Shown here: positions 34,709 to 42,537 of the stretch, piece by piece
Position numbering within the stretch: position 1 is the stretch's first letter
How the letters are laid out: each line of letters starts with the position of its first letter
Origin: a virus
Taxonomy: Duplodnaviria; Caudoviricetes
Reading direction: 5' to 3' (one strand)
DNA: 45,188 nucleotides
Virus record (IMG/VR): IMGVR_UViG_3300046778_000113
Span: 1-45,188 of that record
Program-made: the position numbers and the translations under genes
The notes under the pieces: model-generated
Database searches by the model: none
The model's input: only the letters and a program-made list of their open reading frames with translations
What the model was told of the DNA's origin: nothing

Positions 34709-35249
34709 TATCTTTTAGAAAGATTATTGTCTGAACGTCTCCAAGTTTGTTGATTGCTTCAAAGATCGACGAAACATCAATCTCAGGCTTAACCGGCGCA
34801 CTTTGCTGGCGATTTTTCGAGGCCATTAATACAAGCTGTGCTCTCAGCTCGCCATTTTCTTTCATGTATTTTTCAAGCGTTTTTTCGAATCTATCCTGCA
34901 TTTCCTTTACGTCTGCTGACGACATATCTCTATTAAATTTAAGATTTTCGTTTTCGTATGTAAGGCTAGTTAAAGCCATCTCCATTCCCGCCATTTTATC
35001 GCGCAGGTTTTTATTGTCGAGATTAGTCGCGGACAAGGAGTTTTTAAGCTGCATGTTTTCTTGCGCAAGCACATCTGCGCGGCCCTTTTCAGATTTAGCA
35101 TTAAGGCAATCTGTATTTGCGCAACCGCTTACCGCATCCTCAAGGAATTTAAATTCCGACATAAGTTCTACGATAGTTTCGCGACTCAAGGTAAAAGACT
35201 TAGGGTCCAAAGTTTCTACCATTGAGCGAATTTGGTTTATTAGTTTCAT
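34692..35249 (-). CDS. Coiled-coil hypothetical protein
   Basis: Heptad-rich, 185 aa. Confidence 0.7.
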   Translation of the reverse strand: MKLINQIRSMVETLDPKSFTLSRETIVELMSEFKFLEDAVSGCANTDCLNAKSEKGRADVLAQENMQLKNSLSATNLDNKNLRDKMAGMEMALTSLTYENENLKFNRDMSSADVKEMQDRFEKTLEKYMKENGELRAQLVLMASKNRQQSAPVKPEIDVSSIFEAINKLGDVQTIIFLKDIENGN

Positions 35250-35264
35250 TTCGGTTTCCTTTGG

Positions 35265-35477
35265 TTAATATTCATTAATTGTTACAGTTGTTTTTATTGC
35301 TCTTGGACAGTTTGGCCTATGCTTCAAAAGAGCCGTTAATTCAGCCGCGTTCATTTTTTCGTCATCGTCAAATACCCCAACAAAAACAACGAATTGGCTT
35401 TCGCCTATGCCAATGCAATAAAGCTCTAAAATTGTAACGGTTCTTTTTGTTGAAACGATTACGCTATAGCTATTCAT
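35265..35477 (-). CDS. Hypothetical protein
   Basis: RBS AAGGGG before ATG 35477. Confidence 0.6.
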   Translation of the reverse strand: MNSYSVIVSTKRTVTILELYCIGIGESQFVVFVGVFDDDEKMNAAELTALLKHRPNCPRAIKTTVTINEY

Positions 35478-35504
35478 ATTTAGCCCCTTAAAAACACATG
35501 AGCA

Positions 35505-35522
35505 ACGATAACATATTATCAA
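35505..35522. promoter_or_regulatory. Degenerate operator ACGATAACATATTATCAA
   Basis: Matches the palindrome family. Confidence 0.55.
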
Positions 35523-35619
35523 TAGAATTGTGAGTTATTTTAAATAAAATTGGATTTTAGTCACCAAAGCCAAGACCGCTACCAACTTTTTCTTAAGATC
35601 GTTAGTGCTGCCTTTTGTG

Positions 35620-35805
35620 CTAACGTAGTAATCGCTGCACTTGGCAGCAATATCTTTGTAATCCAAAACTTGCTGATTGCAGGAATTTGTGTGGCGTGGT
35701 TTTCGACAGGTTCCGGCAAACTAGGGCAGCATCTTCAATTTGCAGTGATAATGCGTGCTTTTCGGCGCTGATCTGGACTAGCGTTCTTTTGGGTTTCTTG
35801 CTCAT
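35620..35805 (-). CDS. Hypothetical protein, possibly frameshifted
   Basis: RBS GAGG; an alternative frame stays open to about 35539. Confidence 0.45.
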   Translation of the reverse strand: MSKKPKRTLVQISAEKHALSLQIEDAALVCRNLSKTTPHKFLQSASFGLQRYCCQVQRLLR

Positions 35806-35825
35806 AAATACCTCGTAGTTAGTGG

Positions 35826-36096
35826 TTAAAATGAATCCTGAAGGGATTTTATTGCCGCATCAGGATCTGTTTTTATTTGCGCTATTGCGTCTAGAATGGA
35901 TTGCTTAAGCTCATCGCAAACCGCTTCCCAATCTTCCTCGAAAAGATCTTCGCGATTTCGATCATCAAGACTCTCCTGCGCTCGGTGATACGCATCTGAA
36001 AAATGCTGTGCAGCCGCAAGCAATTTAAACTCAAGCTCTGTTTTTTGGCTCGGCGTAAGTCAGAAGCTCATCCGGTTTTAAAATTTGATAGTTCAT
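35826..36096 (-). pseudogene. Hypothetical gene interrupted by a +1 base in an A6 run (or a sequencing error)
   Basis: ATG 36096 overlaps the upstream stop; removing one A at 36041-36046 gives MNYQILKPDELLTYAEPKTELEFKLLAAAQ... in frame. Confidence 0.5.
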
Positions 36097-36869
36097 ATTT
36101 CACCTTTAGCTAATCGTTGTTTGGCAATCTCAAGCGCATTGCGTGCCGCTTCTGATTGATGGGTTTGTGGTTCTGGTTTTGCTTGCGCATCGAGCATGGA
36201 TAGCAACGACGAACAAGCCTTTGTTGCAACTTCCTTTGGCGCCGGAGGCAATGGCACCTCTCCAATTTGGCCCGACGGCGGCGTGTAAGATAAAAACACA
36301 TGCCCCTGTTTCGCCATGCTTAAACCAATAATCCAAAGTTCGTGGAAATTGGTATCTAGCTCTTTCGTGCTCATGCGCTTCCAATCGAATGACTCTCGCT
36401 GCCCATACACCCAATAAACAATTGGATGGTAAGCGTTCCATTTACGAATATCCGAGCGCTTGCCAATCTCTCTGGTAAGCGCAAGGCGCGCTTTTGATTC
36501 CGTGGGCACCCCTTGCATGGTCGGCGCCGAGATTCTGCACCACGCGACAAACTGGCCTATGCTGGGAAGGAATGGCGAGTCATGTGCACGACACTTCGAA
36601 AGTCCTGCATTGATTTGTATATCGCTATTGATCCCGTTTTCTATCAAACCGCGTAACCACTCTTGGCGAGCCTGAGATTCGATTTCAGGATCTCTAAGAG
36701 CTGCCGCCCAAGCGGGAAAAATCGCCTTCAATGATTTGAACACCTTGTTGATCAAATCTATCGACTGGCTCTTGTTCTTCTGGGAAGAGTCCGTCTGCCC
36801 AGCTTGTGTCGTCATGGGCGAGGCCGCCGAATCTGCTACCCGAGCCATTAGCTTGTTTATTTGTTCCAT
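36093..36869 (-). CDS. Replication protein P-like helicase loader
   Basis: INKVFKSLKAIFPAW, RQEWLRGLIENGI and PFLPSIGQFVAWC motifs. Confidence 0.8.
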   Translation of the reverse strand: MEQINKLMARVADSAASPMTTQAGQTDSSQKNKSQSIDLINKVFKSLKAIFPAWAAALRDPEIESQARQEWLRGLIENGINSDIQINAGLSKCRAHDSPFLPSIGQFVAWCRISAPTMQGVPTESKARLALTREIGKRSDIRKWNAYHPIVYWVYGQRESFDWKRMSTKELDTNFHELWIIGLSMAKQGHVFLSYTPPSGQIGEVPLPPAPKEVATKACSSLLSMLDAQAKPEPQTHQSEAARNALEIAKQRLAKGEI

Positions 36870-37665
36870 GATTTACCCCTGTCGAATTTGGAACCGCCCA
36901 AGGGTTCACGATGTTGTCAATTGATCCAAAGAACGTTGCAGCCTGCTTCACGTACTCAGTGCTCACCTTTCCGGTTGCTACAACAAAATATTTATATCGA
37001 TCTACCGCTGAATAAAGTTCATCAGTGGTTTTTCCTTCATTTACCCTTGCGTTAGCTTTTTGGAATGCGATTTTTTTATTATCGCCTCCAGCTCTAGTTG
37101 GGTAATGCTTCCAGATTTCTTCGAACCAATCTGGGTAATCAGGAGTTTTAACTTTTGTGTCCATAGGCGCTTGCGCCGGCTTTTGCGGTTTCGGCGTAGA
37201 GGGATTCAGGATAGGGGAATCAGGAATCAGTAAGAGGGAATCAGCCGGATGAGTTGCGTTCTCATCACGATTAGTTCCGTTTTTATCGCGATTAATCTTG
37301 ATTCCTTTTAAATCAAAGGCTTGCCTAAGCTCGTCAGAGTATCGAGGAATATCGCTGCCTTTTAGCTTTTCGTTCTTGTGAGGGTTCTGGTGACGCTCAA
37401 AATTAGGTATGTTGATATACGTCTTTTCTTGACTAGAGTAGAACCGTATTAATCCAGAGCTATCAAGATTAATCGCGAGTTCTTTCAGGTCGCAATTATC
37501 CCACGGCAAAAGCTGAATTTTTAATGTCTTTTCCTTCCACTCAAGATCGCCCTTAAAGTCAGCCATTGTCCAAAGTCCAATGAACAGCAGGCGGCCAAGA
37601 GGCGAATTATCTGCAAGCTGCTCATTGGTAAAAAATGAGGGCTTAATATTTCTTGATCTAGCCAT
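36694..37665 (-). CDS. Replication initiator (O-like)
   Basis: MARSRNIKPSFFTNEQL...RLLFIGLWTMAD; FEEIWKHYP; YVKQAATFFG. Confidence 0.85.
   Translation of the reverse strand: MARSRNIKPSFFTNEQLADNSPLGRLLFIGLWTMADFKGDLEWKEKTLKIQLLPWDNCDLKELAINLDSSGLIRFYSSQEKTYINIPNFERHQNPHKNEKLKGSDIPRYSDELRQAFDLKGIKINRDKNGTNRDENATHPADSLLLIPDSPILNPSTPKPQKPAQAPMDTKVKTPDYPDWFEEIWKHYPTRAGGDNKKIAFQKANARVNEGKTTDELYSAVDRYKYFVVATGKVSTEYVKQAATFFGSIDNIVNPWAVPNSTGVNHGTNKQANGSGSRFGGLAHDDTSWADGLFPEEQEPVDRFDQQGVQIIEGDFSRLGGSS
37201..37478. repeat. Putative replication origin repeats inside the initiator gene
   Basis: Perfect 17-bp inverted pair TCGCGATTAATCTTGAT (37286-37302 and 37462-37478); GAATCAG direct repeats at 37201-37245. 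Confidence 0.5.
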
Positions 37666-38209
37666 TTTTTGCCTCGTTATGTTTTCTCCAGCAAACAGCA
37701 CAAAAATATTTCCATACTCGTTCGTCAGAGGCGGTAGCCATAGACGGCGCGCAATAAGCAATCTCGCCGGCCTCAATACAAACCTCAAGCCCCAGCATTT
37801 CGTTGAATCTCTTAACTTGAAGGAAGTAATCCTTACGAATAGAGTTAGTATTTTCTCCAAAAATTTGCCGAATTACTTCCCACGCATCGGAATCAATTCT
37901 TGATTGCTTGGCGCTTATTACTTTTCTATATTGCAAAAGTTGCCATTCTGACTCTTTTATCCTTTCTGCTTTGGCTGATAAGGATTCTGGGATTGATGAT
38001 AGAGGGGCTCCAGATTTTCCGCGATTACATTCAAAGCAAGCGGTGATAAGGTTGTCTATATCGTTATTTCCTCCCTCACAAACAGGCTCTATACGATCAA
38101 CCTCAAGCACAACATTTGGGGGCACGTCGCCACAATATTGACAGCAAAAAAGATCCCGCTTAAAAACATCAAAGCGAAGCTTTTTTGAAATGGTTTTTCG
38201 TTTTGTCAT
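37658..38209 (-). CDS. HNH-family endonuclease with a His-to-Arg change at the active site
   Basis: RFDVFKRD..CQYCG...LEVDRIEPV..GG.N...NLITAC..CNRGK. Confidence 0.8.
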   Translation of the reverse strand: MTKRKTISKKLRFDVFKRDLFCCQYCGDVPPNVVLEVDRIEPVCEGGNNDIDNLITACFECNRGKSGAPLSSIPESLSAKAERIKESEWQLLQYRKVISAKQSRIDSDAWEVIRQIFGENTNSIRKDYFLQVKRFNEMLGLEVCIEAGEIAYCAPSMATASDERVWKYFCAVCWRKHNEAKNG

Positions 38210-38219
38210 TAAATTTTCC

Positions 38220-38393
38220 TTAATTTTGTGTAGACTTGTTAGCTTCCAGACGTGCCGTAATGGCTTCCTTTAGAAGATTTGAAACGATCTTAGAAACGCT
38301 TCTATCCTCTTTTTCCGCAATCGCTCTGACGTCTGCCAAAATATCGCCGGGCACACTTGCGTTTAATGGTTTTGTTAACTCTTTAGCTGCCAC
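38220..38393 (-). CDS. Ribbon-helix-helix (Arc/CopG-like) regulator, 57 aa, not in ORF track
   Basis: RBS GAGG, GTG start; TKPLNASVPGDILADVRAIAEKEDRSVSKIVSNLLKEAI. Confidence 0.7.
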   Translation of the reverse strand: MAAKELTKPLNASVPGDILADVRAIAEKEDRSVSKIVSNLLKEAITARLEANKSTQN

Positions 38394-38416
38394 AATAAAT
38401 CCTCGTTTGGTTATGG

Positions 38417-38454
38417 TTTCAATAGATTAGATTATAATTGAAATTAAAGCAATA
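38417..38454 (-). promoter_or_regulatory. Promoter TTGCTT-17-TAATCT overlapped by inverted repeat TTTCAAT-N13-ATTGAAA
   Basis: Directly upstream of the RHH gene and replication operon. Confidence 0.55.
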
Positions 38455-38475
38455 AAAAACCCGCACAAGGCGGGC
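38454..38475 (-). terminator. Intrinsic terminator
   Basis: CCCGC-CTTGT-GCGGG-TTTTTT on the - strand. Confidence 0.7.
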
Positions 38476-38497
38476 AAAGTCAGCGGAGAACAAATAA

Positions 38498-38683
38498 TTA
38501 ATTAGTGCACGACAATGCCGCACCACTGTTGGTGATTGCCAAATAGCAAATATCGCCATTGGGCATATGGTTTGTAGTGATCGAAATGGTTTTTTCGTTG
38601 AACAGCTTTACCGCCTGAATTGCACCAAAAACTGTAAGCGATAAAATCAAAAGTGAGGCGATGTAAAATAGTTTGTTTTTCAT
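38498..38683 (-). CDS. Small exported/membrane protein
   Basis: Signal-like N-terminus; CY...GAALSC. Confidence 0.6.
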   Translation of the reverse strand: MKNKLFYIASLLILSLTVFGAIQAVKLFNEKTISITTNHMPNGDICYLAITNSGAALSCTN

Positions 38684-38901
38684 TTCATTTGCTCCACAGG
38701 GTAAACAAAGCGAACGCGGTTGCATCCACCGTTAGTTGAAATAAATGGCGGGTAATGGTCTGCAACAAAAATAGCGCCATAAGCTTCAACCACATGGCTT
38801 TTTTCAAACAGTTGGTGGCGATATTTACCATCAACAACAGTGCCATCCGGGAGCCTAATTCGCACAGCATTTCCTCGCTTTAGATTTTGGTTATATTTCA
38901 T
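38680..38901 (-). CDS. Hypothetical protein
   Basis: ATGA-coupled ORF. Confidence 0.6.
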   Translation of the reverse strand: MKYNQNLKRGNAVRIRLPDGTVVDGKYRHQLFEKSHVVEAYGAIFVADHYPPFISTNGGCNRVRFVYPVEQMK

Positions 38902-39173
38902 TGCGAATAATCCTCAAATGAAACCGTAATGCGGTATTGTTCATCTAGGTATTGAGTTGCGCCATAAACCGCACGATAAAGGTTTTCACCAATCGCACCG
39001 CGAGACTTTGCAACAACCAAAGACTGGGGGTGAACATTTGCGGTTTTGAATACCTGTGCCCGAATAGCCTCAAGCTTCTGCTTATCGCCCGGTGAAATTC
39101 CAGCCTTGTTAGGGCGCGTTAACTCCATCCAGCCGAACACATCAATTTTCTTGGGTTTAGAATTCTTTGTCAT
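38898..39173 (-). CDS. Hypothetical protein, first gene of the leftward arm
   Basis: RBS AGGT; follows the promoter. Confidence 0.65.
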   Translation of the reverse strand: MTKNSKPKKIDVFGWMELTRPNKAGISPGDKQKLEAIRAQVFKTANVHPQSLVVAKSRGAIGENLYRAVYGATQYLDEQYRITVSFEDYSQ

Positions 39174-39187
39174 GGTTACCTGCCTAT

Positions 39188-39229
39188 GTGATAATGTGTT
39201 ATCATAGCGCTTGATTTGTGATATGTAAA
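39188..39229 (-). promoter_or_regulatory. Promoter TTTACA-17-TATGAT with operator 39188-39205 at the early/late divergence
   Basis: GTGATAATGTGTTATCAT overlaps the -10 and start site. Confidence 0.65.
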
Positions 39230-39257
39230 CGATAATAGTTTTTAGGGGTTAAATCTT

Positions 39258-39866
39258 ATGCGACCAATGCCGCCGCAAATTTTTAATGATACTTATTTGG
39301 GTATCTATGTTCCCGATTTGGACTTGTGGCAATGGTGCCTAAATAATTTTTTAAACGAATCGTCTGCGCTATTCAATGAAGACCATATGCATCTGAGCGA
39401 GGCAAGAATTGGGTTTATATGGACTAACGATGAAAACTCATCTAAAGGTCGTCGCGTAGTTGGCCAAGCCGAGCAGCCAATGTTTCGTTGTGGAAAATGG
39501 CAGAAGGGGCGGCAAGAGCAGCAAATGCTCGAATGGTTCTCATGCATACCTGATTTTGTAATAACTCTTGATGCAAATTACTGTCTTGAGTGCAGCGATA
39601 CAGATTTTTTGATGCTGCTTGAACATGAAATTTACCATTGTTCACAGGCGCTGGATGATTTCGGGTCACCTAAGTTCAACAAAAATACGGGTGAGCCATC
39701 TTTCGCAATGCGGGGGCATGACGTCGAAGAGTTTATAGGTGTTGTGGCTCGGTACGGCGTTGGAAATCCGCAAGGTAATTTGGCTAAGTTAGTGGTCGCT
39801 TCGCAGCAAGAGCCTAGTATTGCTAGTGCCGATATTTCAAAGTGCTGCGGAACTTGTTTGGCTTGA
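39258..39866 (+). CDS. Putative phage metallopeptidase
   Basis: LLEHEIYH (HExxH) and GHDVEEFIGVVARYG; upstream of the terminase. Confidence 0.8.
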   Translation: MRPMPPQIFNDTYLGIYVPDLDLWQWCLNNFLNESSALFNEDHMHLSEARIGFIWTNDENSSKGRRVVGQAEQPMFRCGKWQKGRQEQQMLEWFSCIPDFVITLDANYCLECSDTDFLMLLEHEIYHCSQALDDFGSPKFNKNTGEPSFAMRGHDVEEFIGVVARYGVGNPQGNLAKLVVASQQEPSIASADISKCCGTCLA

Positions 39867-39888
39867 TGATGATTGAAGGTGGTAATTG

Positions 39889-40395
39889 ATGGCAGCACTT
39901 ACGCCAGAACAAAAAATGTTTATCGTTCAAAGGCTTGCTTGCTTTGACACTCCTGCGCAATGCATAGAGGCTTTGAAGGAGGAATTTTCTATCGATGTTC
40001 CGCCTCAGCAGGTGCACTGTTACCACCCCGAGAGAAGGCAGGGTCGGAACATGAGCAAGGAGCTTAGAAAGCTTTTTGATGAGACGCGGGCAAAATATCG
40101 AGCGAACACAGAAGATATCCCAATTGCCAACAAGACGTGGAGAATTGAAACCCTGAATAGATTGGCGCGGTCTGCTGAAAAGGCAGGCAACAGGGTTTTA
40201 ACTGCACAGCTCCTTGAGCAAGCCGCAAAAGAAATGGGTGAGGCTTACACTAATCGCCAAAAGGTTGAGCACACCTCGCCCGATGGAACGATGACACCAA
40301 AGGCAGCGCTAGACCTATCCGACCTAAGCACAGAGGATTTACAAAAAATTGCAGATGTTGCCGCCAAACTTAATTCATCTGCTCAGCAATCCTGA
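39889..40395 (+). CDS. terS: Terminase small subunit (DUF2280 family)
   Basis: MAAL...FIVQRLACFDTP, IPIANKTWR and LLEQAAKEMG.AYTNRQ motifs. Confidence 0.8.
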   Translation: MAALTPEQKMFIVQRLACFDTPAQCIEALKEEFSIDVPPQQVHCYHPERRQGRNMSKELRKLFDETRAKYRANTEDIPIANKTWRIETLNRLARSAEKAGNRVLTAQLLEQAAKEMGEAYTNRQKVEHTSPDGTMTPKAALDLSDLSTEDLQKIADVAAKLNSSAQQS

Positions 40396-41797
40396 TTTAG
40401 CTCTGGATGAATTGGCGCGCCGGTCTTTTTATTCGTACTGGTGTCGCATAAACCCAAAGATAAAGCGCGGATGGTGGCAGAAAGACGCCGCCGAAAATCT
40501 GCAAATATTCTATGAGGATCTTATTGCTGATCGGCGCCCAATGCTTGTAATTGAGGCGCCGCCACAGCACGGAAAATCTGAACTTATAGTGGTGTTTATA
40601 TCCTGGCTTGCCGGAAAACATACCGAGCTAAGGTCAATCTATACATCTTTTTCTGAGCGGCTTGGGATACGCGCAAACCTAAAGCTGCAAAGGCTTTATT
40701 CGTCTGATGTGTATAGGCGAATATTCCCCAGTGTGCTGATCAGCTCAACCAACCCAGAAGCGAAAGAAAAACCGTCTATCCAAAATCGCGAGCTAATTGA
40801 GTACGCCGGAGAGGTTGGATATTTCAGGAATACTACTGTGGGCGGCCCCATTACCGGTGAGGGCCTTGACCTTGGCATAATCGATGACCCAATCAAGGGA
40901 CGCGAGGCTGCAAACTCTATAGTTGTGCGTGACAAGATTTGGGATTGGTTTACAGATGACTTTTTTACGCGCTTTAGTGAGTCTGCCGGCCTTCTTGCAA
41001 TCCTAACTAGGTGGCATATTGACGACCCAATAGGCAGGCTAATAGCCTCCCGCAAGGGCGTTAAGGTTCTTAAGTATCCAGCTCTTGCGGAAGATGGCGC
41101 GCACTTAATGGATCACGACCCGCGCACGCCAGGAAGCGGGAAAGCGCTATTCCCGGAGCATAAAAGCGAAGAGTTCCTCCTTGAGCGAAAGACGGTAATG
41201 ATGCCCTCGCGTTGGCTATCTCTTTACCAGCAGTCGCCAATTCAGGAGGGCGGCGGGATGTTCAAGGTTTCCATGTTTGGATTCATTGATGCGCTTCCGA
41301 TAGGCTTAACAAAAACCGTTCGCTATTGGGATAAGGCTGGAACCGATGGGGGTGGGTGTAATACTGCTGGCGTAAAAATGTCTCAGGCTCAAGATGGTAA
41401 ATGGATAATATCTGACGTTGTTAAGGGTCAATGGTCTGCGCTCGAAAGAGAAAGGCGAATACGCCAAACCGCAGAAATGGACGGGGTTGGCGTTGAGATA
41501 TGGATCGAGCAGGAGCCGGGGTCAGGCGGCAAAGAATCCGCCGAAGCAACTGTGCGCAATCTGGCCGGGTTCACTATTAAGGTGGAGCGCGTAACGGGTG
41601 ATAAGGTTGAACGTGCAATGCCGTACTCTGCACAGGTTGAGGCTGGAAACGTTGTGCTGCTTCGCAGCGAATGGAATAAAGAATTCATTAGCGAGCATGA
41701 GCAGGCGCCAAACGGAACATTTAAAGATCAGTGGGATGCGGCAGGCGGCGCATTCAATAAACTTGCCGGAAATATGTATACACTTGACAACCTCTAA
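40355..41797 (+). CDS. terL: Terminase large subunit
   Basis: APPQHGKS Walker A, GIIDDPIK Walker B, TRWHIDD, YQQSP, YWDKA and KDQWDA motifs. Confidence 0.95.
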   Translation: MLPPNLIHLLSNPDLALDELARRSFYSYWCRINPKIKRGWWQKDAAENLQIFYEDLIADRRPMLVIEAPPQHGKSELIVVFISWLAGKHTELRSIYTSFSERLGIRANLKLQRLYSSDVYRRIFPSVLISSTNPEAKEKPSIQNRELIEYAGEVGYFRNTTVGGPITGEGLDLGIIDDPIKGREAANSIVVRDKIWDWFTDDFFTRFSESAGLLAILTRWHIDDPIGRLIASRKGVKVLKYPALAEDGAHLMDHDPRTPGSGKALFPEHKSEEFLLERKTVMMPSRWLSLYQQSPIQEGGGMFKVSMFGFIDALPIGLTKTVRYWDKAGTDGGGCNTAGVKMSQAQDGKWIISDVVKGQWSALERERRIRQTAEMDGVGVEIWIEQEPGSGGKESAEATVRNLAGFTIKVERVTGDKVERAMPYSAQVEAGNVVLLRSEWNKEFISEHEQAPNGTFKDQWDAAGGAFNKLAGNMYTLDNL

Positions 41798-41864
41798 TCC
41801 CTGCTAGCCAAAAAAATAGGCAGGGTATAGAATTCGGCAATCTAAAACCATTAAGGGCTTTGCA

Positions 41865-42140
41865 ATGGGTACTCAAATCATCGCACCAACGACAGCGGCC
41901 GTAACCTCTGATGCTTTTTATATTGAACCAGGAAAGCCGCAGAAGATTTCTGCGGATGGTCTTGCGGGTGCGGAGACTGTTACGGTTTATGCTGAAAAAG
42001 GCGCAGGCAATTTCTTTCCAATGACTGATGCAAGCGCAATTTTAACGGCCACAAATCCGGTTTCGTCAATCGTAGCGGGTGGAAGCTATAAGTTCGCAAA
42101 AACATTAACCGCCGGAGCTGCTGGCGCATACGTAGGGTAA
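41865..42140 (+). CDS. Small putative virion protein
   Basis: Ala/Thr/Gly-rich beta-type composition. Confidence 0.55.
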   Translation: MGTQIIAPTTAAVTSDAFYIEPGKPQKISADGLAGAETVTVYAEKGAGNFFPMTDASAILTATNPVSSIVAGGSYKFAKTLTAGAAGAYVG

Positions 42141-42144
42141 TAAC

Positions 42145-42492
42145 ATGGCCACAATTACAGCCACATCAATGATCGGCGCGGGTGCGCATTTGTTATCCGT
42201 CACCACTTTGGGCGCATCGGATACATTCACCTATAATCCATCAAAGAATCCAATTCTTGTTTTGGATAACGTAACGGGCGGCGCTCTTACTCCAAATATT
42301 GACGGCGCAAGCGGAACTACCGTGGCCGTAAAGGGCGTTGGCGATGTTAGTGTTGCTAGCGGATATACAGTGCCATCTATCGCTGCAGGTGGGCGCGTAG
42401 CGATTTCGCTCAACACGATTTCAGAATATCTAAGAGGCACAATTGCCTTGACTGGCGGAACAGGAATCAAAGCCTCTCTTTTAGAATTCTAA
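42145..42492 (+). CDS. Small putative virion protein
   Basis: MATITATSM...TTLGASDTFTY...LTGGTG; Thr/Gly-rich. Confidence 0.6.
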   Translation: MATITATSMIGAGAHLLSVTTLGASDTFTYNPSKNPILVLDNVTGGALTPNIDGASGTTVAVKGVGDVSVASGYTVPSIAAGGRVAISLNTISEYLRGTIALTGGTGIKASLLEF

Positions 42493-42537
42493 TTCCATTA
42501 GGGTATACTCAATAAACCAATTTTAAGGGCTTACCCT

